In this document: positions 14,162 through 26,788 of the stretch, in pieces
Layout of the letters: each line of letters opens with the position of its first letter
How positions within the stretch are numbered: the first letter of the stretch is position 1
NCBI GenBank assembly: GCA_051294905.1
Contig: CM119371.1
Coordinates: 16,556,001 to 16,620,000, forward strand
From: Botryllus schlosseri
Taxonomy: Eukaryota
Reading direction: 5' to 3'
Length of the DNA stretch: 64,000 nt
The notes under the pieces: model-generated
The model's input: the letters and a program-made list of their open reading frames with translations, nothing else
Database searches by the model: none
What the model was told of the DNA's origin: nothing
Program-made: the position numbers and the translations under genes

Positions 14162-14559
14162 TGGGATGGTGTGTACCCCTGAAAGGTTCTGTGTGAACGC
14201 GAACATGAACCTATGACGTCACATGACGTCATATTGCTAATTCAAAGCCAACATTCGAGTGACGTGATATACTAGATACCTAGCGACAACTCTGGCCATA
14301 TTGTGCCACAATGTTGAAGTACATGATGACTTCATAAAGAGCAGTGAATGTATCAACTGGAGCAATGAAATGCTACATTAATCCGTAAAATCAATGTCTT
14401 CTGTGGCGTTCACAACAATTTTGACGATGATTAGATGTAATGAATTAAAAAGGTTCACAGTGCAGAACCTACGAAGGTTCGTGTGTGAACGTGAACCTCT
14501 ACATTTCTGAGGTTCACACACAGAACGCGAACGTAAACCTCATGTTCACACCACCCCTA
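14162..14559. mobile_element. hAT-type MITE with GTGAAC subterminal repeats
   Basis: Ends TGGGATGGTGT / ACACCACCCCTA; TSD ATATAAAC/ATATAAGT (6/8); a second family member starts at ~54759. Confidence 0.8.
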
Positions 14560-15272
14560 ATATAAGTCCAATACCTGCCGTGGTAATACTGCCACGTCTC
14601 CATACTTCAAGAATTCCACTTGAAAACACTCCGAATTCACTATCAGGTCGATTATTTCTGTTGGTACGATCACCTGTTCCGGACACATCAATTCATCAAT
14701 CTAGTAATTAGAAGGTTCGCCATTACGGTTCTACACTGAATATCAAGATGCTGCAAAACGTACTTGCAATAAGAAGATGTTTCCGTCTCGTGGCATACTG
14801 GTTAACATTTCAAGGTATGTCCTGGTACTTTGCTTGACTAAAGTATCTATATATACTTTCGCGATTTTTACGCGGCCCCCTTCACTAGTGAAATGAAACA
14901 GATCTTTAGTGATATCCATCATGGATGGTTCAAGATGGTGTATTTCCAGACGGTTTTCCTGCAATATATTGCATTCATCAAAATAATATTGATATGATGT
15001 ATATCTGTGTTTTTAAGATACATATTTTTCATGCTTTATGGGTGCACTCCATCACTCAAGTTAGCTCAATTTTTCTTTCAGTCAGTCAGCAGCTGAGTAA
15101 AAATGGTTTATTAGACATGAATTGAAGTTTCTTTTGCAAATCAAGTCAATTTTTTTACTGGCTTCCAATGTAATAGTTGGTAATACAGGGACTTTCCTAC
15201 GATGACCACAATTCAACATACACAGTGTAAAGGAAGAATTTTGCGCCAGGTTTCTTATATTTATGTGTTTAA

Positions 15273-16295
15273 CCCTTTTAATGGGGGGTCAGATTTTGCA
15301 GAACTGACTATCACTTTTCAAATTCATACCGTGACCACACCAAGAGTTTAATCTGAGCTGTTCCAGTTTAAAAGTGGGCGGATTATAGCCTTCTACCGAT
15401 TCCGCCCTCGATCGACAACCCGGCATGTCTATAGTTTTTTATAAGACTAAATGAACAAACTTTTTCTCTGAAAAATTTGTTTATCTCTCTCATGTTTCCA
15501 GACAGACCCCAGTATAGCGTCAGAGCATAGTGTCCTATATGGTGTCGACACAGGCAAATCTTACGCCTCAGTGAAATTGATTCACGTCACAATTTTGAAT
15601 TGGCTACAGGCAATTTGACAGTCCTTTTTGGCCGGCTTGCCGATCATTCAATTTGGTTAAACTGGTATCAATCGAAAGATGACTCTGCACTGATTACGAA
15701 AATATAAATTTTATTCCGCTCGTTGCCCTGGAACTCCCACAATCAGCCTCGAACTTTTCATTGTTATGGAGATTGGCATTGGGACGTAACAATGCTGTCT
15801 GGCTCTTTTTCTATTGAGCTACTCTCTCGTTTCGCCAGACAGCATTGTTGCGTCCCAATGCCAATCTCCATAACAATTAAAAGTTCGAGGCTGATTGTGG
15901 AAGTTACAGGGCCACGAGCAGAATAAAATTTATATTTTCGTAATCAGTGCAGAGTCATCTTTTGACTGATACCCGTTTTACCAAATTGAATGATCGGCAA
16001 GCCGGCCAAAAAGGACTGTCAAATTGCCTGTAGCTAAATGGAAATTGTGACGTTAATCAATTTCACTGAGGCGTGAGATTTGCCTGTGTCGACATCATAT
16101 CGGACACTATGGTCAGAGAGGCCTATGGTTTCAAACAAGCCGTCAAACATGACCCTAACCCGCCCGGCTCGCCAAATATCGTAAAACCAAAAATACATGA
16201 AAAATTTACATATGGACGTGGTCAGTGAGTGGTCATAATGGTCAAATTCAACTCGGGTCACCAGTGACCCCCCCCCCCCCCCCCCATTAAAAGGG
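15273..16295. mobile_element. piggyBac-like MITE containing a long internal hairpin
   Basis: TTAA (15269-15272) + CCCTTTTAATGGGGGG ... CCCCCCATTAAAAGGG + TTAG (16296-16299); internal inverted arms ~15526-15803 and ~15835-16111. Confidence 0.88.
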
Positions 16296-18026
16296 TTAGG
16301 GACCTCCTGTGATTTCGTGAAGGCGTAAACTCATTTTAGTTTGTAGGTAGAAACATTTGTATTGCTCGTGAAAATGAAATCGTATAGATCACATAATACG
16401 TGACCTGCAGTATAATGACACTTCCGAGATATAACCTGAAAAGTAGTTGCCAGGCACAAATAGAACGTAATATCAAGGCTGACCTCGACAAAATACTTCA
16501 TATTATAATCAAGAAATTCGATGCATGTGATTTTCAACTTCTTCGAAGCGGGTCGCCCGGATAGGGTGGATGGCGCGAGCAGCCTTGATAGAGATTGAGC
16601 TCTATTCTGCATGCCACCTTTGATTTTCAAAGTGGATATCTGGAAATATGAAAGCACTCTTTGATTATCACGAAGAAACCTTGTACGATCATAGCAAATA
16701 CGCGTTCGAAAATACCATGTACTTATGACATGATTCAAATAAGTTTCGTTATTAGGACTGATTAGAATTGGCCCAATAAGAATATTCACTATCATACTCG
16801 TAGTCAGCATAATGTTATGACAGCTTCAATGAATTATTAGAAACATTGTTGGGATACTATACGGGCCGGAATATCCATTGCCCTTTGTCATGACATAATG
16901 CTTTATAATCTGCTGCTTTGGTGTCAGGAACCTGGGCGTATCGGTTGGTGGTGAGTCACTGCTTGGAAAGCAGCTATTGAGCATATATTATGTGTCGAAT
17001 TCGGTTACGAATTCCCACTCGTTGCTACCGAGTCATCGAGTGTGCCAGTAAATCAAGCATATGGCCGGTGTCATTGATGAGTGACTTAATTCTACGATGC
17101 ATATAGCTGTTGCTGATATGAGCCCGCTGTAGTCCATGACTAATGACCAATGACAGGGTGAAACCATCACGTACCTTGATATTGATTGGTGTACTCAACA
17201 ACTGCAGTAATGATGCAAATATCGTCACGCTGCGTTCCGCCGTGAACTTCTTCAATGACGGAATGAATTTTGCTACGGATAATACGCCGGCCCCGTCGCA
17301 ATCCGTTTGCATTGTAATCTCGCGAACTTTTGATAATGCCGGACCAGAAAAAATTCTAGTGCAATGGCTCAGTATTCGAATGGTGCTGGCGTCGCTTAAC
17401 GTCGAGCGATTGTTATTCACGTACTCCACAAAGCTTTGAAGACTCCGTCGATTACTTTCCAATGTATTATCGCCTTCACAAATCGTTGAGATTAAACTCA
17501 AAGGTGATCCAATGCAACAATTGATCACAATTTGAAATTCACATTTGACCACTCACTTGTATTTGAGAATGCATTGACCAGTGGCCAGTGATCTTTGTTT
17601 GCAAGGATCGCGACTCCAAGAAGCATGAAACTCGGAATATTGGTCTGCGTCAACGCACGCTGTAACCCTGAATTTATATCCACTGCGCAAGGGATTGACG
17701 TCCAGTGAAGTGCCGCCAAGATGTCCTGAACATTTCGGACTAATCAGCAAACCATATAAATAAATTTGGTTTATATGATATCTACCAACCGACGCATTAG
17801 TATCGAATTTGCCCATTATTGGAATGTAGCCTAATAATCATGAATCGGCTATCTATTGTAACGGCAATGACGCAGTCTTACAACATCTGTGATAATTTGA
17901 GAGATTCAACTACTATTATTGCTCGTGTAATTCAATCCGCAAACGACGACTTTGGCAAATGTTTACTTCACCATGCAACAGACAAAACACACTAGAGTGG
18001 GACAATTACAAAGCCTATAATTATAT

Positions 18027-20519
18027 TTGGGTTGTCCAAAATTATAAAAATCTTATAAATCCTCCGTTGCAATGTCTTATTCTATAGATTATGGATAAAA
18101 ACGACACTGGGCCCAAAAAAGCTCGCCGGAAGGCCGTTAAGATTTCGTGCAAAGCGTTTGAAAGTAGCTGCCAAAGAATGGGCGTGCCACCGACCATAGA
18201 CCGACGAGAAGACTCGTAATCACGAAACCACGGCTCTTAATCAGAGATGGCCACATTAGGGTACTTGATATCAGTTGTCAGGATGACAGAAAAGCGAGGT
18301 ATCGGTGTTGTTGCAGAATGCAGAGGTAACTGGTGGTTCTGATCTCTGATGTCATTTGGAATGATTGTGTGGTGTGGTAACGTATGAATATATGCTGGCA
18401 TGGTCAATTGGTCATGTTTATGATTTCGGAAACACACTAGAACTGAAGTACCACCGGTACTCTCAGTCTCTGATTGATTGTGCACATCATCATGCTGATA
18501 ATATAATATAATATTATATATATTTCCTATTCATTGCTGCTCTATCAAGTGATCATTTTGATTGATTCATCCATTTTGTTTGATACATGTCTGTTCTGTG
18601 AAAATTTAGTTCCATTCTTCAGTAGTACTATAGGCCTAGTTGTCTTGGCCAAGTCACAATGCACAATATCTGATTTTGTCGTTGGCATTCGTGGCATGCC
18701 TGGGTTACTATATTATGTTAACCCTCTCCATAAAGCAACTAATATTACTTTCTCTGTTCTCACAGTCTTTTTAGCTCATTTCCCCTGCCTAGTTCCTACT
18801 ACTCGCATTTATATTCAAGATATATTGGCCTACCGTACCTAACATTATTGATTCGAAATGTGATATGAATAAACCCTTGTAAGGCATTACTTGATACTAA
18901 TTTGTTGATTATAATGTTGATATCTGTTTTGCAGGCTATATTTAATGTGAAATAGCACTAAAGCAATAGCAGGATTTTTTCGGATCCTAATTTTGTTGCT
19001 CAACTGTCGGACTCCGAAATGCTATTTGACTGTCGGATCAGGATGGATACGGATTCCCAAAATCTGGAATCCGCCCATCTCTGCTCTTAATTGGCTAATC
19101 GGATATGCTCCAAGGACCACCGCAGCAGCAACTTGCTGATTAGGTGATCAAGGAGTCTGCTACCGTCGACGATTCTGAAAGCGCATTGTGTGTAGGTTGC
19201 GAGATAATGATTTAGGATTGATTCAGGGTATGTTGAGGTACGAAATATATAATGAACAAACAACAGCTGCTTCACAAAAACGTGTAAAGCATGATCGCTT
19301 TATTGTGAAGGAAACCGCCGTAGCATATATGCCTTTGTTTTCAACGAAGGAAAGCATAGACGCATATGCAAGTGGCAACGGATTCTTATTTTCAGAAAGG
19401 ATATCTCATCATTGAATACAAATATAAAGCTTAACAATGACACTATAATATGTGTGATCTTATTGGGCTCAGGTTGTAGTAGCCTACATAGCAAGCCGTT
19501 TTGAAAGATTAAGGATCGGCTGAATCAGCGGGTTATGCTTGGCATTGATCAGATGCTTACATCAAATTGTATTACCTTGCAAGTGTCAAAGTCCTTAATG
19601 ATAAAACAGAATAGAGGTGTAAAAGTAAGCACGTAATTTGCCGGATATGATATGTCGAACTCCTTGATGATCGCGCAGAAAAGAGGTGTGAAGGTAAGCA
19701 CAGACAATGCTGAACAGTGCATAGTATCTAGCATAGTTTGGATATCATATCAAACAGCATATAGTCTGTGCTTACATTTACACCTCGTTTCAGCGGCATC
19801 ATAAGAGACTTTGAAACATTTACAGGTGAATTCAATTTGCTGTAAACATCTGATAAGGGCCAAGCATAGCCGTCTGATTCAGCCGATGCCTAGAGCATCC
19901 CAAACTTCACCTATATACTAGAACCTTGGTCCAATAAGATCACACAAATTGTAGTGTCATTGTTAAGCTTTATATTTGTATTCAATGATGATATATCGCT
20001 TCTGAAACTAGGAATTCGTTCGCCACTTGCATAAGCCCCTTTGCTTTCCATCGATAAAACAAGACATGTAGACTACAGCGATTCCCTCCACAATAAAGCG
20101 GTCATGGGATACGTTTTTGTGAAGCAGCTTTTGCTTGTTCATCATGTGTTTCGTACCTCACCATGCCCTGAATTAGTCTTGAATCATTATCTGCCAACCT
20201 ACCTACAAGGCGCTTTCAGAATCGGCGCCAGAAGCAGACTCCTTAATCACCTAATCAGCAAGCGGCAGCTTCCATGATCATTGGAGCATAGCCGATTAGC
20301 CAATCAACAGCCGTGATTTCGTGATTACTAGTCTTATCGTCGGTTTATGGTCGGTGACACGCCCATTCTTCGGCAGCTACTTGTAAACGCTTTGCACGAA
20401 ATCTTAACGGCCTTCCTGTGAGCTTCTTTTAGGCCCAATGTCGTTTTTTATCAACAATCTATAGAATAAGACATTGCAATTGAGGATTTGCAAGATTTTC
20501 CAAATTTTGGACAACCCTA
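18027..20519. mobile_element. Large foldback (near-fully palindromic) element in the intron after the NACHT exon
   Basis: 18027-18241 plus 19084-19704 is the diverged reverse complement of 19764-20519 (termini GGGTTGTCCAAAATT / AATTTTGGACAACCC); central spacer ~60 bp; TSD not convincing. Confidence 0.88.
18242..19083. mobile_element. hAT-type MITE nested in the left arm of the foldback
   Basis: TIR CAGAGATGG...CCATCTCTG; perfect TSD CTCTTAAT (18234-18241, 19084-19091); absent from the right arm. Confidence 0.92.
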
Positions 20520-20893
20520 ATATGTATTTGTATATACTGGTAAATTTGCGTCGCTTTCTTCCTAAAATATATCATAGCAGTCCCAGCATATCTCGATCAT
20601 AGAATTTCACCCGAATTTCGTGAACGTGCACAGTATTACCACTGCTCTTGCATTGCTCGAGATGCGCGTATAAGATTTCATACATCATATATGTAATATG
20701 CCTTGTATAAAATTATATATTCGGAGTTACTTGATGTTGAAAATATCCTATCTTTTTAGCAATATTTGAAAATATTTTATCGTATGACATTATATTGATT
20801 GCTACATATCGAGAGCTGTAGGCATATAATTCCGAAGTAGAGCGAGTACAATTGGTTATCAATTGGGGTATAACTTTATACTTGGTGACTCAC

Positions 20894-22084
20894 TCTCATT
20901 GCTTCGCTGTTAAATTGATAGATAAGATGATGAGACTTCGGTCTCCTCGACCCCGCTAATCCCCCACCTTGTGGGTGCATCGACACCGATATAAAGTGGC
21001 CCATGCCTTGAGCTGTACTCTGATCCAAATCGCGGGCTCGTAACTCCATTCTATTTTGGTCTGCTGAATTGTACGCTAACTCCATCACGCGTTTCATTTT
21101 CTTTTCCTCGAATCTTTTGGATACGGCGTGGTGAGCGTCGAAAAAATCAAGAGTGTGAAGGAGAATTTCGACGTCAGTGTATACGTCACGTTCCTGTATT
21201 TGACGTGCCAAATGAAGCAATATAGCCGGTGTCTTACACATGTTTCGAATGGTGCGGGAACGGTGCATGAGTTGATCTACAGATTCCTTCCTTCCAGTTA
21301 ACTGCGCTAGTATATCTGCCACATCTTTCTCCTTAAATCCAACGATTCTCACCGACGGGATATTGATGTCAAAAGCAGGAAATTTCCAAAGCCAGTTCTC
21401 TGAAACAGTACACGCCACCCACATACCTCGGTACATATCGCAGCGAAGTATATTCAACAGAATAGCAGCTGGAGATGCACGCTGATCTAGTGACATTTTT
21501 GCAGTAGCAAGAGTGTGAATGTTGGTTATTTCATCCACTCCGTCTATAATTACTGAAACGCGGGATGGGTTATGGGCCACCCATCTCTCAAAACATTCGG
21601 TCATCTGGTCGTTTATAAAAATATTGGCAAATTGGTTTTTAAAGATAAGATCAAAGGGTCTGTAACAATCACCCCAGTTTATGTCTTTTCCTTGTATGAA
21701 CACTACGACATTCACCTGTGCGAGTCCTGATATTTGCCTCTCCATAGCTCTATCAGCATACTGGAGAGCTGAAGTTGTTTTTCCTTCCCCCGGTCCACCA
21801 ACGAGCAGCACAGTTGTGGAACTATTGTTGTTTGGGTATTGATGTACAGTCTCTATGGTGACAGCATTGAACGAGTTTTCTTCGGTTTCATATTCAACAT
21901 CATTCATCGTTATTACATTTCGACTCAACTTCAAACGTTTGTATTGTGCGTTGTATTTGTTTTTCAATGATTTCAAGCCGTTTTGGGAAAGTTCAGTGTT
22001 CGCCTGAATCCTCATTACTTTCCGTTTCGTGTCATCGAGCATGGCTCCAATTATCCCTGTTTTATATGAAATCGGTCCACGTAA
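20894..22084 (-). CDS. NACHT-family (STAND) P-loop NTPase exon of an NLR-like gene, possibly a pseudogene
   Basis: ORF 20876-22042 (frame open from 22084): Walker A VLLVGGPGEGKTT, VVVFI strand, Walker B VSVIIDGVDEI, VRIVGF, CKTPAIL, LAY motif, LIYQF; GTGAGT splice donor at 20893-20888 directly after ...FNSEAMR. Confidence 0.88.
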
Positions 22085-25000
22085 TTATTAGGGCAGGTAA
22101 TTGCAACTTTTTTAACTGCCTTAACAGCCTCCTATATACTCGTAAGTAATGTAGTAGCCCATGGTGTTTCCTACTGTTTGAAGAAATCTTATTTTGCATC
22201 TCTTTGCAACTGTTTACATTTTTCATGACATTCGATTTTTCATGCAACCAATTTTTTGACGGAAATGTATGTCGCTATATGTAAATAGACCACTTGATTA
22301 TTTGACTGTCGTTTGAATTTGAGGTTCTTTCTGATTTGACGTACATTAAGGCTAGATCCCCATAATTATATGTTCACTGGGTCAATTTTTTCTTGCTATC
22401 GATTCTGTTAAAGTCTTCAACGCTGAGTTTTGCTACAGTGTCATGGATACGGGTCGATTCGAGTATCCAGTACCCTTATAGCTTCTGGTAACTAGTCCAC
22501 AAATCCAATTTTGTAGTGCAACTTTTGTGAAAAATGAATGCAACTTTCCACGGATTTCAGTGCAACAAAAACTGGCCCTAATATTTATAATCTAACTTAT
22601 AATTATAATCAACAAAGACAACGAAAGCGGAAAACGACTGCATCAATAGTAATCATACCTATATTGCTCCGCATATGAATCCGGGCTATTGTAAATCATG
22701 AGACGAAGAGACCGTTCACTCTCTCTCTCTCGAATGCAATAAACAAAGAGTTCAAGACAGAAGCCGATCACAAGTTTGATCAGATGCGACGGCAGCAACC
22801 ATATCGATCCAATGTTATTTGAATGGGTTAACACGCCAAGCCGACCACTATCTTCAAACAAACCAAAGTTCACCCGATATCGTATTGTAGAGTTGAGGCG
22901 GGTAAAACCGATCGCTAGCATATTCACCGATAAACTCGATGTATTTAGCGGATAATAAGAATATATGAGATCTATGGGATACTTTGCAAAACCAAGGGCA
23001 TTCATTTGCACAGCTTTTAATCTGATGCATCATATGACCTAGTAAAGCTACAACTGGATACCTGTGAACTATGTGAAATGAATCAATATTCTCATTCTAG
23101 CAGTCGTAAATACTATGTAGTTCTCTCAACCTCCACGAGCACGATGTGACGCCACGAAAACTGCCGATGTATTTCACCTTTAATGACCGATACCGATATT
23201 TATTTCAAACTGAGATATCGGCACTACATTATCGACAAAAAGATAATCGTGCAGACTCCAAAACTAGCCATTTTGCTTTCCCAAGACGGAGCACATTACA
23301 GATCTTATAACTAGAACTAAACATGAATAGAAATATCCATCTCTAACTCATAGACCCATTGATGTTGCTCGTATTCTGCAACAAGCATACTGATTTCCGA
23401 TGTATGAAATATGCAAACCAAACAGGACGACTAATCCCAACGAATATAACATTGCCAAGTATTGCCAAAGTATTACCTCGCAACCTTGGTGGAATATGCT
23501 CATCTTCAGCCAAATCGCGAAAACATTTAGTCTGAAAGGTATCTGGAAAACAAAGGAACGTACGAGGTCAATCACAAACCACATGCGAATTATGCTTGAT
23601 GTTACCAGTAAATTATTAAATTTGTCATCCGTAGATATACTAACACTTCCAACTTCCACTTACCAGCTATCTGCTCCGAGTTATTTCTAAAATATGACAG
23701 TAATGGCTATTATAGATGGCATTTATATTGATGAAATTTCGTCATCGGTTGGGAAATGATCAAACAATGGATACGTCAAGCGTACGTATAAGTACGTCGA
23801 ATCATGAGAGCGCTACAATTTACATACAGTGTGGATGTCAAGATTTCAATATAGCATTATGGAGACTCCCATCTAACTGTTATTTACTTGAGTATTGGTC
23901 ACAAGACCTACCATTGCGGTCGATAGCAGCATTGCTGGTAAATGCCTTTGATACCTGAAAAACAAACCGAATTTAATGTATCGAATTTACGAGATACTTT
24001 TGGTAGGTATACTAAAGGATGATTCATCAGTAACTTTGAACGCTTGTCTCTCCGCAGACTGGAATTGATTGGTATATTGTCAAATAAACTATTTAATTGA
24101 AGATGAAGATATGTAAACCTATACATGACTGTTTACAGTGCTGTCTCTACTAAGAAGAGTGTATATATACAGACTGGTGAAATACTCATTTATATCACAA
24201 ATTCCGTTAGGTTTGCAAGGGATTGAACTGAGGTTTCTATAGTGATAATTCATACTCTGATCGTGCGACACCTACTGAAACGGATTGCGATCAGCAATCG
24301 GTCATTGTGCTGTTACTGGGGCCACGGTGATATATAGTCAACAACAGTTACACGGAAAATACGCAAGTGACAAACAGTCTTGCTTCGTCATAATCCTTTC
24401 CACACGTTACCACGGATTTGGTAAGGTACGCCTTGGTACTGTGATATGCTTTTTCCTGCATATTTGTAATCGGACGAGGCGTTTAGTACTAACTTCCAAG
24501 ATAGCATTTGCAGGTGAGTAAGCCTACGGTACGTTAGAAACTTCCGTTATTGTTATCGCAACGCACAGTAACAAGTCCCCGTGCGTGTCACGCATGAAAA
24601 GTCGTATTATTACAAAGCCCACTTTTGTCAACTTTTGGATTTCACGCATAGAATATATATGTACGATTTACATACCTGGTAGGGTTTGTTGGGTCTTTCG
24701 GTTTCGTTTGCCATACCTGAATGCAAAGGTATTTTTCACACCTTATTTATTGGGCAGTAAAAATCCCGTGAAGAAATGTCAGCTGGTTAGGCATAATGGT
24801 AACGACTGATGGGTGTCTTCGGCTCGTTTGATAGTTTGATACTGGATTATGCAATAGCCGGGTCCACGCTTAGATCACGCGTTATCACGCCTGAACCAAG
24901 AGAACCGGGCCGCCACAGTGGCGGGCACACCATAGGAACACGGCCTGAGTATATGGCGACAAGGATGACCGCACGACCGGATAGTATTTGTGTGCAATAG

Positions 25001-25482
25001 GATGTATCGTTCTCATTACAGATATAGGGAGCATCGTCATATGGTCTACATCTGACAGATATGCAATATTGACTTGAAATTTTAATTGTCCGATGTCGAC
25101 CACATCGAACATGTCACGATACTTTCTATATCGGTAATGAGGACGGACATCCTATACAACACAAATACTTTGCGTCTGTGCGTCGACCTTGTCGACACAT
25201 AGTATTTTAACCACCAGCTCCTTATACTCCGTCCCGGACACTGTTTCACAGTTACTAATGAGATGCCCTGAATTTGAATTTCATCGCCTGTTTTTGGTTG
25301 AACATTGTTCCAATTAAAAGGTTGCTTTCTCTTCACAAAATATATTGACCTGCCAGTGCTTATTGGCAATAGAAAAACTTAAGAAATGTGGCATTAAATT
25401 CGAACTTACCAGAATGAACTCTATTAATTCCCGATTCCCTTAGCAGTGGCGGATGTCGGCTCTCTTCTCTCGGCTATGTAAG

Positions 25483-25913
25483 TAGGGTTGCATTTAAAAC
25501 AAGAATCAATTTAAAACAAACATGGTTAAAACAAGGCCCTTGTTTGAAACATATTTACTAAAGTTTTTTTCTTTGTTTTTCAAGCCATGACGGCACGAAT
25601 ATTCAATTGTGACGTCATAGGGGATTGGCATTGACAATTCAAATTAAAGGGTAAATATAGCTCCTTTGACGAAATATCTGTACTATTGCTGTTTATTTTG
25701 AGAGTTCCATATCCATCCCACATCGACATACGTCGGCTATATCGGATTGGAATTGTCCGTAGGCTCATATAAAGTGGAAGGTATTTACACAGTTATGGCG
25801 TAATTTTACAACTTAACAAAATAATGTTTTCAAAGGCCTTTGAGTAAAATACTGTTTAAAACATGTTTTAACCAAGGTCTTTTAAAACACCGTTAGTTTG
25901 GAATGCAGCCATA
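25483..25913. mobile_element. hAT-type MITE with TTAAAACA subterminal repeats
   Basis: Ends TAGGGTTGCATT / AATGCAGCCATA; TSD TATGTAAG/TATATAGG (6/8). Confidence 0.72.
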
Positions 25914-26788
25914 TATATAGGCAGGGTTGCCATCGACATGGACCCAAAAATAAGGACAGTCGAAAAATTAGATTAGCATTAAAAGCGTTTTTGTACAGAT
26001 ACGTTTTAATTATACGTGTCGTGGCATAACTCATTTCAGAAACAACCTGCTCCAGCAACTCCTTGTCAGTATAAAGTGCTTCATGGACCTCACGACAGCT
26101 CAGTTCTAGGTTTACCATTACTTGTAAACCGAAACAGCATTTCGTCAGCCCCCCCCAAAAAAAATACACGTTGGTCACCCCCCCCCCACAACATGGGGTG
26201 ATAAACCAAACCTCTTCACCTCGTTGTGATTAGAGGCGTCAACCGAGATAGAAAAAAGGCTGCACAGAAAGTTTAGACAAAATCATTTTTTGATCGCGGA
26301 GCAAGAACTCCAATAACAATGCTTGTAGTCTAGGCTCTGGCCGAAGCAAACTTCTTTGCGATATTGGAATGGGGGAATATTGCTTTGAACAATTTCGATG
26401 TGCAATCGTTGGTGCGGAAGGATTGCTGGTGTTTGCAGAACGGAATGCTCAGATACCCTCAGCCGCAGCAGCCTTGTAGTCTGTGGTCGTTGGTGCTGAT
26501 CGACTTGTGAAAAAATATTCATCAACTCGCTCGAATTAATCGATATGACACACTTCTTGTATTTTGAGGTATCAATATGAGTTGAAATTACCGGTCTTTC
26601 CTATGGTCTCCAGCTCCATGTTAATGTCGCAATTGCAGATATTGCAATGTGCGACTCAATCGCACTTCAAGCTTTGTTTGATACTTTTAAATTCTCTCTC
26701 ATAATCGTCACAAACACGTTTTTCCCGCCTGCTGATTTTAACTACCAGATTTAGCCTTATTAGTTGCTAACGGCCTAACACTATAGCC

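Larger units (their letters stand above)
13600..17890 (-). pseudogene. Long disrupted exon(s) encoding the post-NACHT helical region and divergent LRR-like repeats
   Basis: Minus-strand pieces 17553-17816 (RYHINQIYLYGLL, resembling the NLR HD2 FLFGLL motif), 17025-17552, 16331-16810 and 14743-14964. Frames run through the 15273-16295 and 14162-14559 insertions once these and one TSD are removed (EVLKHINIRNL; LPRQVLDLYKNIRIEK). LRR-like LQHLDIQC, ISTLKIKG, ITCIEFLD. Confidence 0.6.
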
